Shown here piece by piece: positions 41,381-55,392 of a stretch of 64,000 nucleotides of DNA. A model generated the notes under the pieces. That model was not told the DNA's origin and searched no databases. It worked only from the letters and a program-made list of their open reading frames with translations. The translations under genes were made by a program, and so were the position numbers. This DNA is from Octopus sinensis (lineage: Eukaryota): NCBI RefSeq assembly GCF_006345805.1, contig NC_043004.1, positions 23,870,001-23,934,000 of the forward strand. Reading direction: 5' to 3'. The stretch's first letter is position 1; each line of letters starts with the position of its first letter.

Positions 41381-41838
41381 TGTGGTGTAACATCTTTCTT
41401 TATTGAATTGTTTTAATAGTAGTTTTTCTCTACTTATATTATATATTATGAAATTTGATTTATATATGTATATATGACACTTTACTGGTCGTTTTGGATA
41501 TTCATCACACAGAAATACACACTTATTTATATACACACACACATACATTCACACATATATGTATATATATATATATATATATATCCATACATGTATTTAT
41601 ACGTCCGATCAAACATACGTAAGAAGACACACAAACACACACACATACACATACATACAAACATACATACATACATACATAAATACATACATATGCATAT
41701 GCATATATAAATTTAGACACACACACACGGGAGAGAAAGAAAGGACATCTATGTCATATTATTCTCTTCTCTCATTATATCTATCTATCATAGTCACACC
41801 ATCTCCCTCCCCTCTATATACATTCCTACGTACACACA

Positions 41839-41932
<94 letters not shown>

Positions 41933-42208
41933 GGCAAAAAGAAAATGGAGGGGATACAAAGGCTTTTCCTCGATTTTTATAGTTTATAATTTATATTGAA
42001 TTCATTTAATTTGTTTATTTTGTTTATCGCATGCTTAAAACCGTTATTTGAAAGGACCAATGAAACAAATCCATTTTAAAAGTGTATCCTTTAACTAGTT
42101 TTGATCATATTGTTATTTCTGTTCTATTTTAACAAAACTTTCCGACGAACGGGAACGTGAAACTCTGAGTAACAGCTTCTGTTATATTTCTGCTGCTTCT
42201 AAATAAAG

Positions 42209-42300
<92 letters not shown>

Positions 42301-42524
42301 CATATATAGATAGATAGATAGATAGATAGATACATACATACATACATACATACATACATGCATACATGCATACAAACATACATATATACATACAGATGTA
42401 TATCTAGCTAGCTATTTATGTACATATATGTGTGTGTGTGTGTACGTATGCATGCATGTATGTATGTGTGTGTGCTGAGAGAGAAGGAGAGACAGCGGGA
42501 GACAGGGAGACACACAGACACATT

Positions 42525-42612
<88 letters not shown>

Positions 42613-43509
42613 GATAGATACACCTCATTTAATTTCAGCAACACGTCTGAACATGATTCCTTGTCCACCCAAATGCACTTATATCAGTAAACGCTTTTAA
42701 GTATTTAAGTGATATGAATCCAAACGCAGTCTCCTCCCGTTCTTACATTGGATTTCTGTAATGCTAAATCCTGTTTCGTTAATGAAGACCAATAACAGTG
42801 CTTCATGTTATGGATCGATTTTGCTACAGTGAGATTCCATTTATTCTTTCCTAGCTAAATCCATTCCCTAGTTGCCGCACTATCAATCTTCTGTACAAAC
42901 CTACACCTTAACTAAGTAGCTCCACCGTCAGCACCTTTAAAACACATACACATACACGCGCTTTAGAGTATTTGTCATAACAAGGTTACTTTTACTATTA
43001 TATTAATGCTACTTGATAGTTTGCAGTTAAGTTTATGTACTTATAGCTCTACTTCATAACCATGTTCGATACTGCAACGCAGCACATTTGATAATCGTTT
43101 TGCGCTATGGTCTTGAGTTGGCCTATAGTTTATGAATAGATGGAAATTGTGCAGAACACTGGCCACGCGTGAGTCTGTGTATGTGTATGTATTGAAGGTG
43201 GGTAGGCTCAGTACTTAGTGTGTTTATCGCTCACACGTGTTGGTTCGTAAATTCAAGTCTACATGGCCAGCCTGCTTTGTCATTAAGCAAGGCACATCAT
43301 TATATGTCTTCAGTATGTAGAATTCCTAATTCTAACAGAGTTTCAGTGTTGAATCCCTTAATACAGTCAATTATTATGTACTCCTTATGTGAGCAGCTCA
43401 TGCGACGCAACTGATGACAAACTGTAATATATTCGCCATTCCTATACATTTGGAAGTGAGAGAAGAGAAAGAGAGAGGGGGAGAGAGAGAGAACAAGGTT
43501 CCTGTATCA

Positions 43510-43760
43510 TAGACAACTGCCTCTTCTCCATAACAACCATCCAAGCGTGCATCGCCTTTCGTATCTACACCAATGTTGGATTCCCCGGATGCATACTGCT
43601 CAGGTAGTGAAGACAGCGTTAAGTATGCCAGTTCACTGCATGGAAGGTAGTTATATCTCAAATCATATTGTCTATAGGGAACTGGCACTCGAGAAGAGAT
43701 CTCTCAGAGTAACTATAAGAACTTCTGCTTGAGGGATTTGAAAACGACCAGGCTATCCAG
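43510..43760 (+). mobile_element. RTE-clade LINE ORF fragment
   Basis: IPRMHT...MEGSYISNHIVYRELALEKRS...LRDLKT resembles the RTE motif IPSM.T.L...RLRW.GHV.RME..RIPK.ILYGEL..GKR...KRDLK. Confidence 0.55.
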
Positions 43761-44300
43761 AACTTCGCCACTGTCCTTATTTAGGTGCATACTTAGAATA
43801 TTCCCTTGAAGTAGTATGCAGATATAGTTTTCTTTTTTTATTTGCTGGCAGGTTAAGAATTTGGTTTTGTGTGGCTTTTGGTTAAAAATATTTTCACCAC
43901 AACATAAGCTAACATTTTAAATATAGTAAATATTATGCGATATATTATATTCTATAATTTTTAAAGATTCTTAGGTTAAGATATTAAAATGAGAATATTT
44001 ATTCAACAAATAATGTTACATCAACAATCTTAATTGATTTATTTCTACTGTTCTATATTGGAATATAAGTTACTAACAGTCATTCAGAACTGTCTCTCTA
44101 AACAATAATATTTTTAGGCGTTTAAGGAACATGAAGCTCAGTGTGCGTGTATGTTTGTGAGAGTGTGTGTGAGAGAGTATGTGGTGGGATCTAGAGGGAA
44201 ATGAAATTTGTTTTTATGTTATTTGTAAAGGAATAAAATATGAAAGTATCTTCGTATAGAATAAAATGTGTATCTTTCTTTCTGGTTGTTTATATATATA

Positions 44301-44393
<93 letters not shown>

Positions 44394-45714
44394 CTTGTAT
44401 TATGTATCTATATATCTGCATGTATGTATGCATGTATGTATGTATCTATATATTTATATGCATATATACGTATATATATATACGTGAGGAAGCCACTAGA
44501 GTGGATGCAAGCGCTAATATATGATTTTTAAAAACGTGACATATTAATAAAAATCTGTAAATATAAAACCATCCAGATTTCTGAGTACCATATTTCTTCT
44601 AGGATATATGTGTGTGTGTAGGTGTATGCATGTATATATACTTCTATGCATGTAAGTGCATACGTGTGTGTGCGTGTGTCCATGTAAAAAAAAATAGAAA
44701 TTTATACTCTATTTAGAGAACTAAGGAGTTTCTTTTAATCATTTAATGTTTTATATATAAAACGCATGCATACACATACGCTCATACACAGTATGTATAT
44801 ACACACCAGTCACACATATTAATATATGTGTGAGTGTGTGTGTGTGTGTGTGTATGTGTGTGTGTGTGTGCTTGAGTGCCATAAGCTTGAAATATTAAAA
44901 AAATTAAGTAATAGAAATTGTTTAGTCTCCTACGCACATTGTATTGAGCGTATTAGTGGAAGGAACGCCAGACGCTCCCGGCAGCCTTCTTTATTACATT
45001 GTCACTATATACATATATCATTGTATGAACAAATGTTCATATTCTTCCACAATAATTCTTAGAAAGGTATTTTTAGATATAATTCTTCAGCTACACTATC
45101 ATTCCGAACAAAACGAGATTTTGAAAGTAATTGAATGGGAAACATGAATAGTAAATTTTTTAAAATATATTTTTATTATTAAAATATTGAATTTGATAAA
45201 CATTATTCTTTCGTGTAAATATTTGTTGTCACCTAAATATAGATCATCGGTAAGAGAATTTGATCGTTTGGCCGCCTGCTATTTCTTGCATGCCAGTGAA
45301 ATGTATATGAGAATAAATGTTATATGAGAATAACGTATAATATCTGACTACAAAATTGAATTCAGTAAATTCCTTGATAACACAATATAAAAAATTAAAA
45401 TTAAGGCTAACCAGTAATGACAACGTATAATACGCTCAATGTGCTAGTGATAGCAGCCAAACCTTCTGCAACTGGAATTTTCATCAACAAAGAAGTACAT
45501 ATTATGATACTTAGTAGACTGTGCTTGCTGTTGGACAGTCAAGCTAGAAAACCTTATATTATATGTCTCTCTCGTCAGGTGTGAATGAAACCATCACCAA
45601 AAAGAACAGGGATTTCTTTACTTTATCTAAAAGTCTACTTTAAAACATGGGTAAATACATATGCAAATATATACACATATATACATACATAAATATATGC
45701 GCCGCACAGATACA

Positions 45715-45753
<39 letters not shown>

Positions 45754-46099
45754 ATAATAATTTGCACATGCATATGTCTACATGTATACGCAGAATCCCA
45801 AACGTCACACACACCCTGAATACCATATCAAAACACTGATACAATTCTATATACACATACGAACACCTTCCACCCTTCTTAACTCCCACATAGAGTTGCT
45901 TTGCACCCACGGTCCTATATTTCTTCCTTTCTCAACCACATTTCCTCTTTATTGCACCTCCTATTCTCTTCTGATTAAGGACTAACATTCAAAACGTTAA
46001 CATCTTTCCCTTCTTTCTTTTAGGCGTGAAACTAATAGTATATTTGTTAAAACGTGTTGTGTTATATTATTTAAATTCGTGCTTGTTTATTATATTTCC

Positions 46100-46140
<41 letters not shown>

Positions 46141-46188
46141 TGGAAGTATAATAAAAAAACAGAAATACAAATAACACAACACACATTA

Positions 46189-46751
46189 TGGCAAGACGTC
46201 CGCCATTCCCCCTCAAAATAACACCCTCAAAAAAAAATTTTCGACACAACTGCGGCTACGGGGAATACGAATCTGAAAAAAATTGGCAAAAATCGACGTT
46301 TCTAAATTACTGCCCCCAGCCCCATTTCCTTCATTTAAAACTTTTTTTACAATTTTTTTTTTCAAAATATGCTGAAAAGTACGGAGATTATGATTCTGAA
46401 AAAAATTTCCAAAATTCTTTGTAAAATTTTTTTAAAGAATTTTGTTTTCTAAATATGCGGAAAAATACGGACATCATGATTTGGACAAAAGTTTCAAAAC
46501 ATTTCTATACTTAGGGTTAGGGTTTTATGGTTATGGTTAGGGTTAGAGTTTTAGGGTTAGGGTTAGTGTTAGGGTTTTAGGGTTAGTGTTGGGGAAAAAT
46601 TTAAGGAGTTGGGAGAAAGGGGGTGGGGAATTTCACAATGCTGAATTTTGGCAATTTTCTGGAACCTCGAAAACTGGGAGTTTTGGCAAAAATATTACAA
46701 AATAAACAAATTTGGGAGAAAATGAAGTAGGGGCAGGCGGACGTTTTTCTC
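46189..46751. mobile_element. Non-autonomous TIR element (MITE-like) with internal subrepeats and a telomere-like array
   Basis: Imperfect TIRs with the exact core ACGTCCGCC / GGCGGACGT, TA on both flanks and no ORF. Confidence 0.65.
46511..46594 (+). repeat. Degenerate interstitial (TTAGGG)n array
   Basis: TTAGGGTTAGGGTTTTATGGTTATGGTTAGGGTTAGAGTTTTAGGGTTAGGGTTAGTGTTAGGG... Confidence 0.92.
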
Positions 46752-47479
46752 TAAATCCAAATAACAAAACATAATTTTATTGTAATTTTATAAATATTAT
46801 TGCCATTGATATTATTGATTTTGATGTTGTTGATGCTGATGCTGTCACTTTCATCATAATTGTTTTGGTATAACGCATTACTCTGCAAATTTACTCTAAT
46901 CCGCTGAAATTATTTCCCCACAATGCTAGATTAAAAACTGAAAATTATTGCCTTAGACTCACCCATGTCCATGAAATGCCCATATCAAATTTCAACACAA
47001 TAGCTGGAGAATATCTGATCTATATACATTGTTAATATGGTAATGTCTGATCACCTATGTTTGTGAATGTCCCTCTTCCAAGTCTGGCAATACAATACTT
47101 CTACTACTACTTCTACTTCTACTAAATATCACTACCTTAATGTGTACCACTCCATTGTAATGTGCCTTCAACTATTCTGCTTAAACATCCCAATCCTCCC
47201 CCACTTTCCCCATACAATAGCCAATGTTTGTTATTTCCAGCAATGTCTCTGACGACGACAGTACCATTTTGTTAGGTCTTTCAATCTACCTCAGTTGATC
47301 AATTGACCTATCACTAATGACTACGGGAAACAGCTGTAAGCCAAATTTAATCTAATAAAGGAATTATATGTAATGACCATTATTTTTGACTCGTCTCTTA
47401 TATGTGTGTGTGTATGGATGTGTGTCTGCATGTGTGTGTGTGAGTGTGTATGTATGTCTGTAAGTATAGGAAGAAGAAT

Positions 47480-47900
47480 AATGATCCTTGGATGAAATTT
47501 AGAAATATTTTACTGCATTCACTACGCGCGTCTTCACAAATCACATGTTCCTTTAGATCATAGACAGTATTACTAGGATGATTGTAATACAGTCCGTGAT
47601 ATCCATGGACACCGAGTAGATCATGTTCATGCATTCGGGCAATGTGGCATTAACATTTGTGTAACTGAGAGTTGTTTATCAATTTCGCCCATGAGAAAGT
47701 TGATTGGGGTATGAAGCGTATGAGGGCATTTTTGTGTGTATTTGGTGGGGAGGAGTAGAATGTGGTGAAAAGAGAGGAACGAATAGTAATGATAAGGAGT
47801 TTGAGGTGTGTGAGGTGATGTTGAACTTATTTTGATATTTGAGTATGCAGATGTCAGGATGGGTAGTATAGTTCTTTTGTTTGACATTAGTCACGGCAGG
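47480..47900 (-). mobile_element. Possible LINE AP-endonuclease relic
   Basis: Frames give TFYSSPP and INFLMGEID, loosely like the IY.PP and GDFN motifs; very decayed. Confidence 0.3.
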
Positions 47901-49444
47901 TGCCTCCGCAATGAATTCAGAAGCAGTAGGGTCATCAGGTACAGTCATTGCAACCATTCAGTTGTTGGAGGTCATTGTCTGTCAACTCAGATAATTAAAA
48001 TATTTATATGCATGTATGTATGCATATATATATATCACTTTCTCTATTTATGTGTGCCTGTATAAGCGTGAGTGTGTGTGCGTTTCTAAGTGTATATGTG
48101 TCTGTGTGTGCAAGTCTGTGTGTATGTACAATAACTTTGAATTGTTTCTCGGGTATTCCTTCATTAGATCAACTAATCAATAACCCATAAATCAATATGA
48201 TATGTGTCAGTTTATTCAGTTCGAAAGAAATCGATAAATTAAATCACACTTTGAATATATCGCCGTTACTTATACATTAATTTGTCTCTATTCACTTAGT
48301 GAATATTTTATTTCTTCACAATTTCCCTTTGTTCTGTTGCAATATGTCGCTCTTCCTGTCCAATATATATTACATGTATATGTTTGGACATATGTTTGTC
48401 TGTATACATGTGCGTATGTATGTTTATGTATGCTTGTATGTATATGTAAGTACGCATGTTTGTCTATCATACCTTCTCATCATTTCACACGTCTCTATAT
48501 CAGTGAGATTTTTAATCTAGTTATGTTCTGTGTGTTTGTGTTAATGTGTATGTATGCGTGTATGCGAGCGTTTGTGTATGTGTGCTAGTGTATCTGTGTG
48601 TGTGTGTGTACCTGTATATGCGTGTGCGTATATGTGTGCGTACGTGTTTGAAAGGTATTCATGACATATTCATCATAATTCAGAAAACAGAAATAACCGT
48701 GAAATTATAACATGCATGCTCTCCACTCCATGTAACATTACTAATGTAAATAAATTGATTATAAGTGCAAATATAAACACGCTTCCAGACTGAACACATG
48801 CTCAACTGTAATGTTGATTACGTTGTCCTGCTTCTCTCCTAAACCAAAAACAATAATCGAATTAAATTCTGTCTGATCAAACATTCCTATAATTTCCAAT
48901 GTCAAACTTTTTCTTGAAACCACTGTTCGCCCTCAGTTAAATTCACCAACTATAGAAAAGAGCTCCCGTGCGTATCATGCTGCGGCTGCTACACATACAA
49001 AAATCGAAGCCACTTACTGCCTGTGACCCACTAACTTCGAGTTCACAGTGACCCTGTTTCTTCTGTTTGAGTTACTGCTACAGCAATCATTTATTGCTCT
49101 TCAGACTTTGCGGCTGTTTAAGTTGCATCTTCATATTCTCCTTTTTCTTTACTCATTATGTGACATCGGAATTGGCACTCTGACCAATATGTATAATCTT
49201 ACTTCCTTTAACTTTCAACCCTGGAATTTCTCTTGCTGATGTTCCTTTCCTTTATTAAGTCCCTATGTAGGTAGTTCAGATGAACACGTACGCCACTGTT
49301 TCAATCTAATCAACCTCCGATGTCTTGCGAAAGTTCTCGCGTCATTCCCACATACGTGTGTGTGTGTGTGTGTGAGAGAGAGGGAGAGGTAGTCGGCCGT
49401 TAAATTTCATAAGTTGGCCAGGATGCTCTTATACAATGCGACTA

Positions 49445-49735
49445 AATGAGGTTTATTTTAAAACTGCGGTGCACACGCTACTTCAATCCGTGTTTCAATG
49501 CTGAGATTATATTGTTGAAGGCGCTTTCTTCCTTTCGGTCAAAAACGTCATCAACAGCAGATATAACGCCATCATCACTGCGATACTGGTTTCCAGGCAA
49601 GTATTTTTTTTATTATTCTTGTTCATATTGAAGAAAAGATGATAGTGAGATGGATCCAAATCAGAATAGGATAGTTGGTCAACCAGTTCAAAACCACAGT
49701 CACGCACAGCAGCCATTGAAACTAGCGCTTATTGC
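49445..49735 (-). pseudogene. Mariner transposase C-terminal fragment, same type as 29025-29617
   Basis: MAAVRDCGFELVDQLSYSDLDPSHYHLFFNM matches AAVRDCEFELADHPPHSLELDPFDYHLFSNM of the 29-kb copy. Confidence 0.82.
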
Positions 49736-51914
49736 TAGTTTTTGATGTTTCCTTCATGGCGCTTAGGTCTTCTCGTTTTCTAGAAAATTTTGTGAATTTC
49801 AACGTTAAATTAGAGACATGGCGAAAATATATATAATGAAAGTTGGAATTGCAGTCAATTCTTATCTTCCAAAAGTCTATTCACATCAGTTCATGCTAAT
49901 GTACCCCGTTTCCCATCTCAGCCTTTTCATGAAAGTATCGACTTGCAAATATTTAATCGATACACCAGCCACATCTTTCTGGAGGAACTCTGTTGGAACA
50001 AATATTCTCCGAACTTCCTCTAAGCAAGTGTCCATCGAATCACAACTTACTAATGTCAAAACTGTAGTACTTCTTGGGTAATGCAGACTTGGATTAACTG
50101 CTGCGATGGTCATAGCTGGAGCGCTTTTTATTATACGTCTATTCACTCACTGCTTTAATTAGCCGAATAAAACAACTAAAACATCTTCACAGATGAAGAC
50201 TACAAAATCATTCGGGAACGCTCGAAATCATAAACAAGGGCGATATAAACTCCAGCTTATTTTATACAAAATCCGAAATGGTATTGTTTCCAACTATTGC
50301 TTTCCATTTCAGAAGATATATTGAGGAGGTAACTGGTTGACAGGTCAAGACTATATTAAAACAGAGATGCAGACATTTTGAAAACGACTCAATCCCATTC
50401 AAATTGAGATTATAGATTTAAATATTTTAATACAACTTTCATCAAAATTACATTAATGTTCACATTCATAAAACAATATCCGGCAATTAGCATCATTTTA
50501 AACATGCATACAGATTAAAAAGTGCAGTCTCAACGGCCACCAGATACTTCAGTTATGTGTTCACCCATAACAAAATATTTATTTTACTTTTTCGTAAAAT
50601 AGAGCAAAATTTTAAGAAACAGATTATCATATGTATGAATATGCTTGTGTGTGCGTGTGTCTATATCAATATATACTTGTCTGTATAATTATCTGCTCTT
50701 AGCTCTAACGAGTATTTAACACACTTATTATATAAAGGGAACTTTTCTGAGACGACCACCGCAGCCCTCTGAATTTTCAACGATATTCACACGTTAAGTA
50801 TATCATATCTGTATAGATATCGATAACTATATGTATGTGTGTGTTTGTATACCTGTGTTTGCAAGTGTGTGCGTATGTGCGCATGTTTTTGTCTGTGCGT
50901 GCGTGTGTGAGTGTGTGTGCCTGTGTGTGTACGTGCGTGCGTGTGTGTGTGCTTGTGTGTATTTTTGCTTCGATATATTTCGCAGCTTGTTCTGTACAAC
51001 AACTGCAGTTGAATGGAAATTTTGTACAGCTTAAGGAAAATAGCTTGCAATTGCCAAAGTGCTCTTATATGAACGAATGACTACCCGGATATCTACAAAT
51101 GGAACCCATTTTCTTTTCTTTTATTTTGTTTCGTTGATGGTAGAATCAATACTGATATACGCTCCAAAGACGGGAAAAAATAACTTGATGTCAATTTTTG
51201 ACATGGAAAGTGAATTCTTTTTTTAACGCTGTTACTTTAACTATTGTTGCACCATTTTCCTGTCGTGAGTTCTTGGCAAACAGAGCCAGTGTCCTAGTAT
51301 TGATTGCTGTTTGGAACCTGTTTTATGATGTCGCACTTGTTGTGAAAATACGTATGTCACGAATTTTGGTTGCGAACATGTTTGATACTGAATGCCAATG
51401 TAGGAAATCTTTATAATTTATATACCAAACTAGAGCAAGAGTGACACGAACTGGCAGAGACCGCGAACGAAGGGAAGGATGAGAAAATGTAAATGGAGAA
51501 AGGAAGAAAACGTGTATGTTCTATTAGATTATACTTGTGCTTTATCTCACCTAACGTTCTGTTGTTACTACATTTGATTTCTATCACGGTGACAAACTCC
51601 GTAATGCCATATCTATCTGTCTGTCTCTCTCTCTTTCTCTCTCTCTCTCTATCTATCTATCCATCTATCTGTCTGTACATACACACACACAGACACACAC
51701 ATACTCAAATACACACCCAGACACACATACGTATATATATATATATAACCTGATCTATTGAAGGTGCATTTTTATGACTACCACCAGATTAGTTATATCC
51801 ATATATTATGCATTAATTTTATATATACATGTAAAAGAAAGAATAAAAGAATACATACATGTATATATACACACATACATACATACATACATACATACTA
51901 CATACATACATACA

Positions 51915-51946
<32 letters not shown>

Positions 51947-52819
51947 CATACATATACTGGGAATTGACAGTTAAGTTCTAGATGCTGATAATAAATCGAT
52001 TACTGTTAGATACTCTACCAAACACCAATTTACTATGGCTGTAAATTCCATATGACCACATAATGAAACAAATCTCAGAAGTCAGTAAAATATATTCTTT
52101 TGCATTTTTTCTAAGAGTCCATTTTATATATAAAACGGAAACGCACTTTAAGAGGAAATGAACAATATTTGTGTCTCCAAACATTCATTGATTTCGTAGT
52201 GAAACAACACTGTTTTCGATCAGACTAATTACTTTCGTTACTATTTTTGTAGAAACTGTAACTAAAATATATCCCACTACAAATATCTTAACAATTGCAT
52301 TGTTTTCCGGAATATATTTTTTTGAATATATTTGCATAATTTCTGCTTACTTTTATGATTGAAACTAATACGTCTTGTAGCTTCGAATGCTAATATTTTA
52401 TTCCAAGTAAATATTTACAGATGTATTCAAATAAAACAATGACGTTACAACTGTCAGAAACTGAGATGTTTCAGGATTGTATGAGAAATGAGCTAGAAAC
52501 ATATTAGATGAGTCAAAAGCACTGATGTCGAAATCATGCATTAACTTCTGATTATTTTGGTCCAGCAGATCAGTGCCCGAAACCATACCTACTTTTAGCA
52601 TCCCATATTATTATTATTAATTAGACAGCCATGCGTGCACCAATGTAACTAGATACAATTATATATCTTTTGGAATGTTGGTTCTCACAGAACATCACAC
52701 ACAGATATACAGCTATATACTATAGCATATAAACACTGTGTTGAAAAAAAAACGTTCCGAAAGAAAAGTCATTTTTTAAATCAAAAAGTGCTTTTCAACC
52801 CATATTTATATACTTATAA

Positions 52820-52935
<116 letters not shown>

Positions 52936-53173
52936 TGCCGTGTGCTTTGAGAAGTATTATTCCCAAAATGAATTATTTCACGTTCATTATATCGAATTAT
53001 TTCGAAAGTTCATAAAATTCTTATAAGATCAACAATGAATGGATATATTTGTGTGTACGAGTGAGTGAGTGTGCGTATGTGTTTGTGTGTGAGTGTGTGT
53101 GTGTAGAAAATGAAAATGAAACGACAACACTCATATATATATGTGTTACATATATATGTGTGTGATACACACA

Positions 53174-53243
<70 letters not shown>

Positions 53244-54094
53244 ATATGCATGTGTATATCCATATATACACGCGTATTCCTTTATGTGCCCTAAATTCTC
53301 TATGCTGGGACACTAGGATTTTCCTCACATTTGCCGTGGCCATTCTCATGTGGTTACATTTTGATGAATGAGGGAATTAGATATTACTGCCCCAATTTGT
53401 CGCTTGTAAGTTCAACAAAATAGGGTGCAGTTTTCATTTTTTTAAAATCTAGTTGTATTCCTATTTTCGTTTAAGCTCCTTACCGATTGTTTGGAAGAAT
53501 CCAATATAACCTTTTCTATACAGTAACAGATCCATCTTCAGAATGAATTTATGTTGGTGTATGTTGATGGAGCTTACAACATTCATTGAAGTATTCCGTC
53601 CAGTATGTATAAATGCATAAACAGAATAAACGTTTTCTCTCCGTAATTTCTCAAATAAACATTACAATATACAGCACAAATCAGGAAGTAGATATTATTA
53701 TAAAACGAGATTGCCTCCCGCTACTGCTTGACAGCTAGTGCTGAGGTTTCCGTTCCCATAACTTAGCAGTTCAGCAAAAGGAACCAATAGAATAAGTACC
53801 AAGCTTTACAAAAATTCGTTCGACTAAAATTCTTCAAGGCAGTATCTCAGCATGGCTAGCTCAGAGTTTTTACCTATCACAGTGTTCTGTGAGGTCCAGT
53901 GGCTTCTACACCTGAAGCCAATATCCGCCAAATCCGCCAAATCCCCCAAATCACACGAAGACACCATAAAAGAAATGCAAGACATATTGGTTAATATCCT
54001 AATTTATCTTTCATGCTTTATCTTTTATTTGTCCTATGTATTAGACGGTAGTCATGCTGCGCTACTTCGTTGATGAAATTTTAGTAGAACGAAT

Positions 54095-54407
54095 CAACAC
54101 CAGTACATATTGATCCTGGTTTTTATTTTATCAGTCCCTTATGCCGATCCACTAATGTTACGGGGATGTAAATATGCCAACAACGGCTGTCAAGTGGTGA
54201 TGGAGATAAGCACAGACACGAAGGCACATACATATACTTACACACAACACCCCATACCCATACACACACGCACACACACATAAGCTTCTTTCAGATTCCG
54301 CCTAACAAATCTACTCACAAAGGCTTTGGTCATCCTAAAGCTATAGTGGAACTGAATACGGAACCATGTGGTTCGGAAGCAATCATTTTACCACACAGCT
54401 ACGCCTT
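54095..54407 (-). mobile_element. SINE family A
   Basis: Reverse head GGAACTGAATACGGAACCATGTGGTTCGGAAGC...CCACACAGCTACGCC and reverse body GTTACGGGGATGTAAA...GGCTGTCAAG. Confidence 0.75.
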
Positions 54408-54622
54408 TTGGCTTAGTTTTGGCCTATGCGTGCTGGCTTAAGATTAAACAGCGAAAATAACAACATCAACAATAACAACACAGAACGTCATTGAACACAG
54501 CCCAATATTTTTTGATTGATGTATGAAATCTAGCGTTTTACACTTAATAACCTTGTTTAATCATCGAAATGTAATTAAATAACTTATATACCCACATATA
54601 AAATAAAGTTCAAAGAAGACAG

Positions 54623-54803
54623 TGTGGTGCACTGCCCAAAGATTTATGTCGGACAAATTGTAGATAAGAACTTCGCTGCAGGCTAGCTAGGGAGCTGGTC
54701 TACAGCGAAGCTGACTTCCGATAGACGGGTTTTCTAAGAAGCAGGAATTGACTGGCGGCTGTCGCCCTCGTGTGGTTAACTAAATAAATCTTTCACTATC
54801 ACA
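54623..54803 (+). mobile_element. Possible short LTR remnant
   Basis: Starts TGTGGTG, ends TATCACA and has AATAAA near the 3' end; no target-site duplication seen. Confidence 0.3.
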
Positions 54804-54809
54804 TTCTGG

Positions 54810-55000
54810 GTCTATCTTTTACTCTTTTACTTGTTTCAGTTATTTGATTGTGGCCATGCTGGAGCACCACCTTTTAGCCGAGCAAATCGACCTCAGGACT
54901 TATTGTCTGTAAGCCTAGTACTTATTCTATCGGTCTCTTTTACAGAACCGCTAAGTTAAGGGGTCGTAAACACACCACCATCAGGGGACAAACACAGACA
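54810..55000 (-). mobile_element. SINE family A, 3' half
   Basis: TTACTCTTTTACTTGTTTCAGTTATTTGATTGTGGCCATGCTGGAGCACC...AAGCCTAGTACTTATTCTATCGGTCTC. Confidence 0.85.
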
Positions 55001-55019
55001 CACAAACACATACACACAC

Positions 55020-55070
<51 letters not shown>

Positions 55071-55297
55071 CATATATATATTATATATATATATACATAT
55101 ATATTTAAGTAGTTGAATGAATTATCTTAGTATGGATAATTCGGTTAACCGATACCTGGGTAGCAAATTCACGTCAGAAAAACACGGTTGAAGCTACATG
55201 CCAAGGGCAGTGATCACGTGCTTTCGTGTGGAAATGTGTGTGTTTTTTTAATACAAATAAATGAAAGAATGGAGTTGAACGACGATCTAACAAAATT

Positions 55298-55392
55298 CCT
55301 TTATTCTCGACATATATTTCGAAGGCTGCATATTCCTAATTTCGAAGGAATAAGGGGTGCATTATGCCGCCTTCTCATCAGGAAAAACAAGG
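55298..55392 (-). ncRNA. Type I hammerhead ribozyme with a canonical core
   Basis: 5'-CCTTGTTTTTC CTGATGA GAAGGC G GCATA...TATGC A GCCTTC GAAA T ATAT GTC^GAGAATAAAGG-3'. All core nucleotides are present with a GUC cleavage triplet; stem I pairs at 9 of 11 positions, stem II has 6+5 bp, and the minimal stem III has a palindromic ATAT loop. Confidence 0.8.

Noticed and set aside
46511-46594. True telomere or chromosome-fusion site
   Set aside because: The array is short, degenerate, in one orientation only and enclosed by TIRs.
47314-47340. CTAATGA...GAAACAGCTGTA hammerhead-like words
   Set aside because: The core has G5A, stem II is not formed and stem I does not pair; at most a dead relic.
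49818-50146. Overlapping 86-87 aa ORFs on both strands in unique sequence
   Set aside because: No recognisable domain and no convincing splice sites; ORFs of this length occur by chance.
52398-52601. 67-aa minus-strand ORF MLKVGMVSGTDLLDQ...
   Set aside because: No similarity to the receptor family or any TE protein I recognise.
53470-53545. Minus-strand CTGAAGATGGAT...TTCCAAAC
   Set aside because: GAAA is absent and the stems are weak.
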